64,000 bases of DNA. It comes from Setoptus koraiensis (lineage: Eukaryota > Animalia > Arthropoda). The notes beneath the pieces were generated by a model that searched no databases, had not been told where the DNA came from, and saw only the letters and a program-made list of their open reading frames with translations. A program made the translations under genes and the position numbers. Shown here piece by piece: positions 34,183-45,380 of the stretch. Numbering within the stretch: position 1 is the first letter of the stretch; the number at the start of each line of letters is the position of its first letter. The stretch is from positions 4,650,001 through 4,714,000 of the forward strand of contig CM106585.1 of assembly GCA_048013815.1 (NCBI GenBank), given 5' to 3'.

Positions 34183-36270
34183 ATGGATTCCATTTCAAAC
34201 CTATTCCGTATTAATTTGATCACATCATGCAGCGAATCAGCCAAGTCCAAATGCGATTTAAACGCATTACTCAAGAATTACGACTCAATTAATGATCTCA
34301 ATGGCATAACATTTCGTGACCTTAGTACAAATACCGCCCATCCGATAAATAATTTACGACTGAGGATCAGCAACATTGAAGAAATCAAATCGCGTCCAGA
34401 CCAAAATGTGCTTCAAAAAGTTTTGCATGATGTCGTAGCTGAGGAAAGTAACAAATACGAGCTAGCGAACACAATTGAATTGATTGACACGCCCTGGTTT
34501 GAAAGATGGAAAGATGAATTTATTAGTTATCATAATGTATATAATCATGATTTTATTGGAGCAAATTTTGGTGTATTCATTATTGTAAGCACCGCGGATC
34601 TAGACAATTTTGATAATGTCGTTTCGACGCTATTAGGACTAGTACGCGATTGCAGTCTACTCAGATTCATGACGAATGGTTTTATTGAACACTATGTGGT
34701 TGTCGATTTTATTAAAGATAGCTGTGGTAACGTGCCAGACTCGCCCAATGTAGATACAAACTCACCAAATCCGAAATATGAGAGGTTCGTAAATTGTTTC
34801 GGCGCAAACAACTGTTCTTGGTTGACAATACCGGAGAGTCAGCCTGGTCAAAATATAATACCGTTTCTCAAAAAATTCGTATCTAATTCTTTGATGCCTT
34901 GGTGTGAAAGACAAGTCAGAATACTTAACGATGCAATATCAACACGAAAAGGTCTTAGGAGAAATCTTGTCATAGCAACTCGTCAATTCCTTAACATTGG
35001 TCAATCTTCCTACTTAAATCAGTCCATTGTCTACACACCAGATGCGAGTGAAATGCAATGCAGGAAATTGGGCGATCTAGCTATGTGTTTAGGTTTATAC
35101 GAGCTGGCTAGCTCTTCATATGATATGGCCAGAAAAGATTTTTTGAATGATAATGCATGGTTATATTATGCTGGAGCTTGCGAAGCCTATGCGTCAGCAA
35201 GATCTATGTTGAAGCGATTCCAGAAGAGCCACATCGAGAAAGCTGTATCTACATACATTGATTCTTGCAAAAGTATCAATCTAGCGACAAGAGCTACAAT
35301 CATAGCAACAGATATTACGAAAAAAATTTCACCTATAGATGCTGCCAAATTTTTTGTTACTCTAACCGGAGACGATTGTGATTTGAGATCTGCTTTATTT
35401 CTCGAGCAAGCATCCAGGTGCTATTCCTTATGCCCTACTAAATTGCGAAAAGCAGCCTTTCATCATGTCTTGGCAGGATATCGCTATAGTAAATGTGGTT
35501 TAAGAAAACTGTCATTAAGATGCTATTCAAAATTCCAGGAACGCCGCTGGGAAGCAGCGGCTGACCACGTTGATTCATCGTTGAAACGTATATACAGCCA
35601 ATTAGGTATTGAAGCAGTTAATTTTGCGCCATCAGTAGAATTTTCAATCATTTTTGTTTCGCCGAAGAGCGAGAATGATCTTATTAGTATGGTATACTAC
35701 ACCGGTGAAACAATAGAGCTTGCTATCAAAATGACATGGGTACCCACGAAGCTTTATCTTTATTCTAATAACAATCTATTAACAAGTAATGAAGTTGTAT
35801 TAGGAACCAACGAACCTCTTATATTTGAAAGCCCATCCGAAGTGGTCAATTTCAATGTAAGAGTGCCTCAAACACCCTACAAGCAAGTATTGTATTTCAA
35901 AATCAACTACCCTGATAAGAATGGTGATATGCGTGAGGCAATTAAAAGTATAGCGCTAAATGTGGAACATTGTCTAACTATTCCATCAATAATAGACCAT
36001 TTGATCAGTATTAAGAATGTTACAAATAATCATGTAGATTATTGTTTAGTTGATAAATCATCTGGATGTCCATACCAACCCGAGCAGAATGCGGATAAAG
36101 TGTCTCAAACAGATGATCACTCCATGATAAGCAATGTTCCACCAAACTTGACAGCTCATTTATTGATGAAAAGTCCTGGTGCTGATGAGTATCTGAGTCA
36201 TCCTATGGTAAGATGGAGTGTTCACGAAAAAACCATGACACGTCACGGTGTCTATCTTGTTGAGTTTTAA
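34183..36270 (+). CDS. TRAPPC8: Trafficking protein particle complex subunit 8 (Trs85), shortened (695 aa), intronless
   Basis: TPWFERWK; YTPDASEMQCRKLGDLAMCLGLYELASSSYDMARKDFLNDNAWLYYAGACE; DLRSALFLEQA; RKAAFHHVLAGYRYSKCG. Confidence 0.92.
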   Translation: MDSISNLFRINLITSCSESAKSKCDLNALLKNYDSINDLNGITFRDLSTNTAHPINNLRLRISNIEEIKSRPDQNVLQKVLHDVVAEESNKYELANTIELIDTPWFERWKDEFISYHNVYNHDFIGANFGVFIIVSTADLDNFDNVVSTLLGLVRDCSLLRFMTNGFIEHYVVVDFIKDSCGNVPDSPNVDTNSPNPKYERFVNCFGANNCSWLTIPESQPGQNIIPFLKKFVSNSLMPWCERQVRILNDAISTRKGLRRNLVIATRQFLNIGQSSYLNQSIVYTPDASEMQCRKLGDLAMCLGLYELASSSYDMARKDFLNDNAWLYYAGACEAYASARSMLKRFQKSHIEKAVSTYIDSCKSINLATRATIIATDITKKISPIDAAKFFVTLTGDDCDLRSALFLEQASRCYSLCPTKLRKAAFHHVLAGYRYSKCGLRKLSLRCYSKFQERRWEAAADHVDSSLKRIYSQLGIEAVNFAPSVEFSIIFVSPKSENDLISMVYYTGETIELAIKMTWVPTKLYLYSNNNLLTSNEVVLGTNEPLIFESPSEVVNFNVRVPQTPYKQVLYFKINYPDKNGDMREAIKSIALNVEHCLTIPSIIDHLISIKNVTNNHVDYCLVDKSSGCPYQPEQNADKVSQTDDHSMISNVPPNLTAHLLMKSPGADEYLSHPMVRWSVHEKTMTRHGVYLVEF

Positions 36271-36591
36271 ATTATTAGATGATATTAAAAATAACTTAAA
36301 GGGCTAACTTTTCGAATATGCTCTTTAATTAAAAATTAATCACCCTTAGTGTATTGATTCAATGTAATATTAATACTGATAGAGGCTAGTGCCTGAGCGA
36401 TGCTCTATTAGCCAATTTGCTTCTATAAGTTTAGAATGGATGTGAATAAAAAGAGTATCGGTTTGTAGTAGGCTAGTAACAATCTACTGGTTTTAAACAG
36501 TATTTACTTTTAATTTAATTAGTTTAGATGTGAACAACATGAGGCCATAATGACGCTGGCATCAATTATCAATCATTCATAAAGTAGTCGA

Positions 36592-37716
36592 TCACGGACA
36601 TTCTTTAACATGACGTTGCTGGTGCGTTTTGAGATTACCCTATTGGAAATAGAAGAGTTTAAAAATGGAAATTGTAAGAAAGTTTTTCAATGGTCATATA
36701 CATAAAATAGTTGCGAGATTATTATAAATACGTACCTTTTGTGAGAAGGTCTTGCCGCAAACAAGACATGGGAATCTTGCATCTTTGTTGTGAGTCCTGA
36801 AATGTGTTAACATATTGCCTTTTTGGGAAAAGCATTTCCCACATTGACCGCATATGTACGGTTTCTCTTTAGTGTGAACGGATCTTATATGGGTTTTAAG
36901 GTTTCCTCTTTGAGTGAAACCTTTCTCACAATAGGGGCATCTATGATCTTTAGTTTCTGTGTGAATTTTAACATGTGTATCTAAATTTCCTTTTTGAGTA
37001 AAGCTTTTACCACAAGAACGACAGGCATAAGGTTTCTCTCCTGAATGTGTCATCAAGTGCGTCTTGAGATTACCCTTTTGAGTAAAATCTCTGAAACAGA
37101 CATTGCATTTGAAGTTGCGACCAAGAAGACCGGAAGGGGAAATGTTTGAGGGCGTTGAAGTATTATTATTACTATTATTGTTAGAATTGGTGGTATTGGT
37201 TTGGTTGTTGTTTGTGGTGGTATTGTTGCCGTTGTTGCTAGTAGTAGTAGTAGTAGTAGTAGTAGGAGTGGTGGTGGTGGTTGTGGTGGTTGTTGTTGTT
37301 GTTGTGGTGGTTGTGTCGGTATTGATGCTATTTCCATTTTGTAGGTTCAAATTATTATTACTATTATTATTGCTATTGGCAGGTGTGCCTGTAACATTTA
37401 CGGTTAATAATTGATGATCTGGGGTAGAAGTTTGTTGATTGTGATTATTAGCATTGGCAGTAGCACCAGCACCAGCAGCCGATCCTGGGGACAGATTAAT
37501 TTGCAGTTGTTGCGACTGTTGTTGTTGGTGTTGTTGCTGGTGTTGTTGTTGTTGAAGCTGGTGCTGTTGCTGGAGCTGTTGTTGCTGGTGTTGCTGTTGA
37601 AGCTGATGTTGCTGTTGTATGTGTTGCTGTTGTTGTTGTTGCTGATGTTGGATTTGCAATTGCTGCAATTGAATAGTATTAAATGTGGTTGCAACCGAGC
37701 CAATTGGTAATAGCAT
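36592..37716 (-). CDS. Q/T/N-rich C2H2 zinc-finger protein with 5 fingers (exons 37716-36736 and 36639-36592)
   Basis: Four complete fingers plus a fifth completed across a 96-nt phase-0 intron (FSQK|GNLKTHQQRHVKECP*); TGEKP-like linkers. Confidence 0.9.
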
Positions 37717-37828
37717 AATGGGGTATTAATAATATTAATAACAGCAATCTATATCTGTGTATCTATCTATATATAAATATATGTGTGTGTGTGTGTGTAT
37801 ATATATATGTATATCTATATATATGGGT

Positions 37829-37861
<33 letters not shown>

Positions 37862-39324
37862 TAAATGTGTAATGTAGCGATAACGGCGGTGTCGGTGGTG
37901 TTACCAGTAATAGTTGACTTAGTAGGCTCGCGTGATTGGTAGTAGATGTATGTCTAATCCTACTGATGATATATATAATGTTGATGATTAGTAATATTAA
38001 TTTCAATAATAGTTATATAAATTTGTGTCAACCCGATTCAAGTGGATCCAATCCTCCAGTTCCATGTAACGTTTCAATGGTATACACTGGCTGTGTGTGT
38101 TTTTTATGATTTTTATTTTTTATTCTCTGTGGTCTGTCAAAAAATACAGTAATGAGCAACATTTATCTCTATCTGTATGTTTATGTTACAACGACGAGTT
38201 GGCCGAAAGAGCGAGAGAGAGAGAGAGAGAGAGAGCGACTCCAGTTTGATAGAGTAATGGATGGTCGCATACTTGCGTTGAGCGAGTTTGCTGACGCACA
38301 AATGTGTTTATATTCGAGCACAGCTGAACACAAGCACAGAGGTCTCGTGTGCTCTATTAAAGGGCATGGGACTTTTGGGTCGCGCACAGTGCACAGACCC
38401 CCAAAGTTGGTTAAAAGTGAAATGTATTACGCTCGCACCTCGTCCGTAGAATAAAAGAGTGCATTTTAATACTTGCTCGCTCATCACAAGTATGTGACCA
38501 CCCTTTGAGCAATAACGATAATCGTTGTTGCTTTTGCCTCGGCTTGCTTTCTCACTGCATGCACTCGCTGCAAGCACTGTGCTGCTGAATGCAAGTGCGT
38601 GTGTGTGTGTGTGTTGTGCGTATTTGCAGTGTATCTCTGCAGCAGTATCGGCAGTAGCGGCAGCAGAGCGGAGTTTTGCGACGACGATAAAATTCGTGGA
38701 TGATGGCGATTATTACTATTATTATTAATATTACTAATCCTTTTATTTTTTAATTTGATACACATCTAGCCATTAGTTAAGCGAATATGCGTATGTTGTC
38801 TCGTCGCCATCCAACAATCTCGCCATCCCAAAAGCGATCACAGAGAGTCTGGTCTGATTGCGTGTACGTTCTGTTCTGTTATATCTATCTGTTATTATTG
38901 TGTCACGATGATGTATTTATCCTAATGATATGTGCGCTGTTGGCTTCAGACGATCAATGGCATATAGCTACTTTTTTAACAACGACATTTCGATGAAGCG
39001 TCTCGTCCTACACGTATCACGTATCTGCTGTTTGCTTCCACCACGATATGCCTTTGCATGCTCATTGGTCAGCTCCTTCTCAAGACGATAGGGATATAAC
39101 TTGATTGAAATGAGAGATATTGCTTGCATCGTTAGTCTAATGCTAACAAGTACTCACAATTGCGAGCCTCACCGATGCACGCCAAACGATTCGCTAAATA
39201 TAGCTATTAACTCTATGCCTTACCTATTGGCGCTCTGTGCTCTGTTGTATCTGATAAATTATTATGTAATTGTGCGACGTAAAAGCTGTGTTCCATGCGT
39301 GCGCTCGAAACGAAAGTGACAGCT

Positions 39325-41362
39325 TCATTTACGATTCATATTGATCAGCACCAAGCTCACGGAAACAGTCCAGGTAATTATCTAGAGAGGACGTTGTTTG
39401 TGTTGGGCGAATCGATTTGAGTACAATGGTCAGTCAAATGGGCATACTATAAAATACTATAAAACTTTTTTTGTCATGCTGTGACTTTCTAATCGTGCTT
39501 CTCTGCCTAGAAATAGTCATTATTATGCTTACTGAGACAAAGCTGCTCCATGACATCGTGAACTGGCCCAGACAGGTGAATGTGCAACGAAATCGGGGAT
39601 AATAATGTTCATAAACCAACCTCCAGCGTCTCTTTGTGACAACATTATTGTCGCGGGCAACAAAACTGTTGATTTTTGGATACAATATCATTACCAATGA
39701 TTTCACTATATTTGTAATTGAGAATATACTTAAGAAAATGAATGTTGCAGCTCCAAAGAATACAATTATTACTACGAGGCCCGCCTCGTGTTCGTGTACC
39801 CTGAACAAGCCCACTGCTATAACTATTGACACGTATTCAATGAAGCCCAAAAAAACAACCACAAATATTATGTAGGCTGCCAGGTAATCCACGTGCTCTA
39901 TATAGGCGAAAAAGTCCAATAGTTCATTTTGCAGCTCAAAAATTGCTTGTGGATGTAGCCTCAGACCGTCGCTCGACGAATCAATGCTACCAACTGATGT
40001 TATATGGGGATTTTGGATGTCATCGAAAGTTAAAGTGTGTCGATGAATGTGTTTGTTGCATGAACAACATATCTGCTCTTGTTTTTGACTAGTTTCCGAT
40101 ACACAAGAGCTTCTATGGTCGATTGTGGCCTCTTTGCGCTCAATTGATGCCAGCTTTATATCGTGACTTCTAATTAGATAGATTAGTTTTGCATTGATTT
40201 GTCTAGCCTGAATGGTGATGTCATAGACGAGGGTCATGAGAAATAATATCTCAAACCACACGACTATAGCACTGTCAGTTATGAACATGACCGTCTCAAA
40301 GAAATCAATCACACCTCTAATGTGTAGGTACATGAAGCCTGGTTTTTCGCAATTTTTCGGATAACGTTTCTCGTAATCAAAAGCTTCCTGTGGCGTGATC
40401 AATAATAAGAACATGATCGCATTAACCAGTGTAAGCAAAATAATGAATCTAAGCGCCCTAGCTAAATAAGCCTTAATGCAGATGCTTCTTTTTTTCGCTA
40501 ACAATTTTCTCTTTTGTTCCTTATGAATTATGTATTGAGCAGATCGGAGATTGTTCTCATTTCTTTCAGTTCGCGATAATCGTTTCCTTCTGAAACTCTT
40601 TGTTGTCTCTTCATTCTGTTTGTCACAGTTCCAAACTGAATCTCTTTTTAGTGAATTCCTATACATGTGACAATTGCTTTTACATAGATGCCAATTATAA
40701 CTGCTGTCACATTGCATAAAATGTGGACAACCAGTATCTTGGGCAATGTTGATCATTCTATCCCATACCATGATATCATCTTCTCTGGTATCATGGTGAC
40801 GCGAGGCCAATCTTGATCCAATTTTGTACTTTTTAACAATCGGCTTCACGTCAGGCTCAAAATAGCTGGGAGGCAAAAAAAAGAGAGCTAGTTCTTTATC
40901 AACAAACTCATTGCGCTTGTAATACAAGTTATAAAATCTGGTCGTTAGATGCAACAGAGTAGAAACAAATTGAATAAACGCAATCACTTTAAAGTCACTT
41001 TCGTCCATTTCGGAGCCAGGCACTATAAGTCTGCCTGGTATAAGACATGTTAGAAGGTAGTAGTCCTGAAGTGCTGATGATAATGATAAGATTAAAATAA
41101 TTGCGTACTTTACAGCGGTAGCCACATAATACAAACAGCAGCCAGCCTCGTATAGTCGATAAATCCAAGGCAACCTAATATTGAATCGCCTGTGCATGCA
41201 AGTAAGTACAATCATGAATCTGATGGATTCATTGAGAGCAGGATGTACAACTGAATCTGACAAATCTACATCATCGTCTCCTGGGACGGCTATCAGAACC
41301 CTCTTTTTTCTAGTGTTGTTATCTGCTGGTCTCTTTGCATTAGCAATATTCGCATCGGTCAT
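39325..41362 (-). CDS. Gustatory-receptor-like multi-pass membrane protein (~628 aa; exons 41362-39533 and 39381-39325)
   Basis: About 7 hydrophobic segments. The C-terminal FTCLGQFTMSWSSFVS|IITWTVSVSLVLIN is split by a phase-0 GTAAGC...CTAG intron at the position typical of arthropod GR terminal introns. The track start at 41407 is a TTG; first ATG is 41362. Confidence 0.65.
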
Positions 41363-43090
41363 CCTTAGATAATCTATTGTGTCCTTTCCAACTAGGTAAT
41401 AAGCCAATTTTCATCTGCAATAGTATGCAGCAATAGTTATACATTTGTTGGGGCTTTTTCTTCTCTATCTTTCGTTCAATGAGAACACACAAGCCCTTGT
41501 TTGTCGTTTGCGATTAGGGGGCAATGAGTTAGTGAATAACTTTTTGAATGATGGCACTGAAACAAATTGATTTCATTTTCTCTCGATATACATACTTTTC
41601 TGCTCGATTTGATAATAAAGGACATCGCGATCTCTTTGTAAACCTTTTTTCTGGTGCGCTAAAAATGTATAAGAGTCATAAAAATTGTCTACTTTTTTTC
41701 CCGCGAATGAACTAAACTAATTATGCAAGCATCGTGCGTAGAATTTGAACCCACATGCGTCATCCATAGTCTTGAGTTTGTTTACGATCGATATGCTAAA
41801 ACACTATTCCGACTACATCTAATGAATGACCATTAGTATAAGCTACTAACGATGTCGTGGTGTTTTTACAAAGAGATAATAAATGAATAATTTTTAACGT
41901 ACACAAATTTTGCATATTTTTGTACACTCTCGATATATTGACTTGCGAACAGTTGCTATAAACAATTGAAGGCTAACCACACGCTAACGAACGAATCACA
42001 TTCTATCCATTGGAATATCGAAACAAAATTTTGGTCGTTAAAGCTATATTCGGACTTGAAATGCCGTGGGGTCGAGTTTTGAGGGAAGGGTCAAAGTTTG
42101 ATTATTCCATTGTTTGATTATTCCATTATGCAATTAGATGAATAACAATTGCAAACAGAAATAGTTTTAATGATGACTAATCAACTTGTGGTCAAAAGCA
42201 GTGAGTTTCACAGTACAATGAATTAAGAATTTTGCTAATTCAGTAGTCGCGAGTTTACTCAATCGATTATAGGTATCATGCAAGCCCTCTCTAGAAAGAT
42301 ATTCTTCAGTCTAGCACTAAGAATCACCGGTGCTCCACTAATGGAGTTTTTGCGCTCTTTTTGCCAAAATGACAAAAAGTGGAAAAATGCAAGAACGTGG
42401 CAAAAAGTGTGAATTAGTATGCAAACTTATTTTATTAATTGGGTATTTAATCCCTACTTTTCGCCCATTTTGCCATTTCTTACTTTTGGTTGATTCGTAT
42501 CGGTTCGTAAGTCAATCCGAGGAAAAATCTAACAAGATTGTAAGCGAGAAGGAAAACGGTCCTCTCTGCTTCTCGAGCTGAGTTGATCTGGACTAGTGCT
42601 CCGGTAGAAACGGTTTGGATATTCTAGAATCTAGACCATTGAGAACCGATCTTCGTCCATCATTTGGGCAAGTTTCCGAGAAGAATAGCAAGGCTTTTTG
42701 GCGGGTTTTACAAAATGGTTGCTTCTACGCATGCGTGAACTGATTCATCTATAAACACCATGCTATCCACAGTGTATGAGTAATGTATTGACCACTTGAA
42801 AATATTTTTCTTCACGGGTCTTTCGATAGTATATAGAAAACACTTTTTCATTGATAGTCGAAACTCGCACATGGTGTTTTCATTTTCGAGTATCAGTATA
42901 GGATGAGATTTCCACAATCAATGTGCGGGCCACAAAAGAGACTTTACTATCTATTAGTTCATTCGAATATATAAATAATAATATCCAGCGGATATCAGAT
43001 AGCAGCATCAACACTAGCAGTCGTAGTAGCAGTAGTGTTAGAAGTAGTAGTGGTAGTAGAAAGAATTATACAACTGACAATAGAGCCGAG

Positions 43091-43807
43091 ATGGTGAATA
43101 TGGCCAGAAATGATTTCAACAATAATGGTGAAAAGATTTGGGAGCTCACCGACTATGAAAAGGAACGCCTCCCTCAGGAGATAGTGATTGATAACACAGA
43201 GATTGGTGTCTCTCCTCGATCTTTACATAGGGAACTAATGTGTCCCATCTGTTTGGATATGCTTAATAATACTATGACAACACGTGAGTGTTTACACAGA
43301 TTTTGCGCAAATTGTATCACAACCGCTCTCAGGACCAGTAATAAGGAATGTCCAACATGCAGAAAGAAGATAATCTCTAAAAGATGTCTCAGGGCAGACC
43401 CGAACTTCGACAAATTAATCGCCAAGATATATCCGAATAGAGAGGAGTTTGACAAGAACCAAGAGAGCAAATCTTCTAGTATAATCAGAAGCGCTCCAGA
43501 ATGTGAAGTCATTTTAAAACCATTACACACCGGCTCAGATCCAAGCAAGATAAGATTTATGAAGACCTCATTAAATGCTACCATTGAACACATAACTAAA
43601 TATCTGGCCATGAGACCAGATGCAATGCAGGCTCCCAGCACAGGCAATGAAACAAAAATTTCTATTTGTGTATGTGCCGACAGATCTAGAGGCCATTATG
43701 AATCCCTCAACAATTCCAGTACTCTTGAAGAAATTAAGAAAAAGTATTGGCACGACAACAAACCATTGGAATTGTATCATTATGTAACATCAATGAATTC
43801 CTCTTAG
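43091..43807 (+). CDS. Sce: Polycomb PRC1 E3 ubiquitin ligase RING1/Sce (238 aa), intronless
   Basis: [14 protein letters not shown]...[18 protein letters not shown]...[15 protein letters not shown]...[22 protein letters not shown], followed by a RAWUL-like C-terminus. The track start is a GTG; first in-frame ATG is 43091. Confidence 0.95.
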   Translation: MVNMARNDFNNNGEKIWELTDYEKERLPQEIVIDNTEIGVSPRSLHRELMCPICLDMLNNTMTTRECLHRFCANCITTALRTSNKECPTCRKKIISKRCLRADPNFDKLIAKIYPNREEFDKNQESKSSSIIRSAPECEVILKPLHTGSDPSKIRFMKTSLNATIEHITKYLAMRPDAMQAPSTGNETKISICVCADRSRGHYESLNNSSTLEEIKKKYWHDNKPLELYHYVTSMNSS

Positions 43808-44568
43808 AAGGTAGCATAAAGAGAGGATTCTAGTTCGATGAAACCAAAAAATTCAACAGGGATTTGCATAATACTAGAAGCAATCTTAATAATTTATCAC
43901 TACCTCAAACCCTTTGCTATCCAATCATGGCTAAACTATCGCAATCTGTACTAGAAGAAATAGTTCAGATAAAATCAGATAATTAAGAAACTTTACATTT
44001 TGGCGCAATTTTTCTTACTCAACATTTATTTCTGGTCTGGTATATTTATCAACTGTTGATTGGTATATTCTATCAAGGAATCAACCACATGTTGCTTTGC
44101 AAGTGCAGTAGGGGTGATGGGGGTAAAAATAACTAACTGAGCCCTCCTTTTGGTTTTCTTAACGCTGACAAGAATATAAACTGCATAAACTTATTCGTGA
44201 TTTCAAATGATTATCCAGTTTTATTACCTAAATTCGATGAATGGCCATAAAACCACAATCGCAATCAAAAATCAACGGTTCGATTGAATGCGAAATATCA
44301 CTCGATGGATATCTTAAAATAACGTCTCCATATCATCCCGATTTACATGAGCGACCTATGCGAACGATGGGTGCTTTTACCAATTTAATCGCTGATAGCA
44401 TCGAAAAGAATTGTTTGAACTATTCTGTTTACGGACATCTTGAAAGCAATGTAGTAATATTCTGCAAGAGCAGAGCTTATTCAACAAAGACTGCCCCCAT
44501 TCCATTCTAGAGACACAAGAGCAAACGAGTTACTTTCCAACTTAGATGGATGAATTGTATTTCTTTTA

Positions 44569-45380
44569 TCAAAGATATTTTTTGGCCATAATTCGGTAGA
44601 ATCTTGCCCTCCTACTCTGCATAGCCTCAAACAAAATTTCTTCATTGTTGTTTTCGTTCAATTCCAATTGTCCAATCAACTGTATAAGACGACACTTACG
44701 TTCCAATTCGCCTCTTTTTGTATGAATATGTATAATGTATTCTAATAGTGTGATGTCCCATATACACTCATAGAGATCGTCACAGCAATCATTGCAAAAT
44801 CTTTCGTTCAATTGTTTGAACGCAACTCCATAATTCAAATTGCTAGTCATCTGATACAATACAACAGCTTGAGTATAACAACCTAGTTTGATACTACACT
44901 GTATCATCCTATTGATGACAGTTTCTTCTTCCGAATAGTTATTACTGAAATGTGTGAAATACTCAGTCATAATAATCAAAACCTCAACAAAGTTACCCAT
45001 TGCTTGAAAGTATTCTGCCCTAGACATATGTAACTCTCCCTTTATGGTTAATATGGTACAGTCATCTGGCTGATTGTTCATTTTCGGTTGAGAATCTAGA
45101 GTTAAAGCACGCAAAGGGGCCCGGGCGGCGTTTGTAGATAGAAACCGTTCATCTTTATCCTGAGAGGCCATTAATCCAAACATTTCTGTGGAACTATTAG
45201 TTGTCGCTGGCTTTATAAGTCTTATGTCTAGGTCAATCTCTGTATCATTTATATGGATTTCCTGATGTCCTTCATCCATATCTGATATCTCGCCCTCCTC
45301 GACATCGCCGATAGATTTTGGTTTCGTGCGAGATTGATTGAGAAAGGCCTCTATCCTTTGCTCTTCGTCCATTTCACTAC
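44569..45380 (-). CDS. INTS8: Integrator complex subunit 8, C-terminal portion (probably 5'-partial)
   Basis: VINRMIQCSIKLGCYTQAVVL, CIWDITLLEYIIHIHTKRGE and IGQLELNENNNEEI...RFYRIMAKKYL match the INTS8 C-terminus. The upstream part runs into the G-less tract. Confidence 0.9.

Noticed and set aside
41731-41815. tRNA-Leu(CAA)-like fragment on the minus strand (ACTCAAG...GTGGGTTCAAATTCTAC)
   Set aside because: Only a T-arm-like piece pairs; the anticodon and D stems do not form and the spacing is wrong. At most a decayed remnant.
44241-44510. 89-aa ORF with ISLDGYLKITSP, reminiscent of the end of an alpha-crystallin/HSP20 domain
   Set aside because: An in-frame stop lies immediately upstream, no splice path supplies the rest of the domain, and the match is too short to call.
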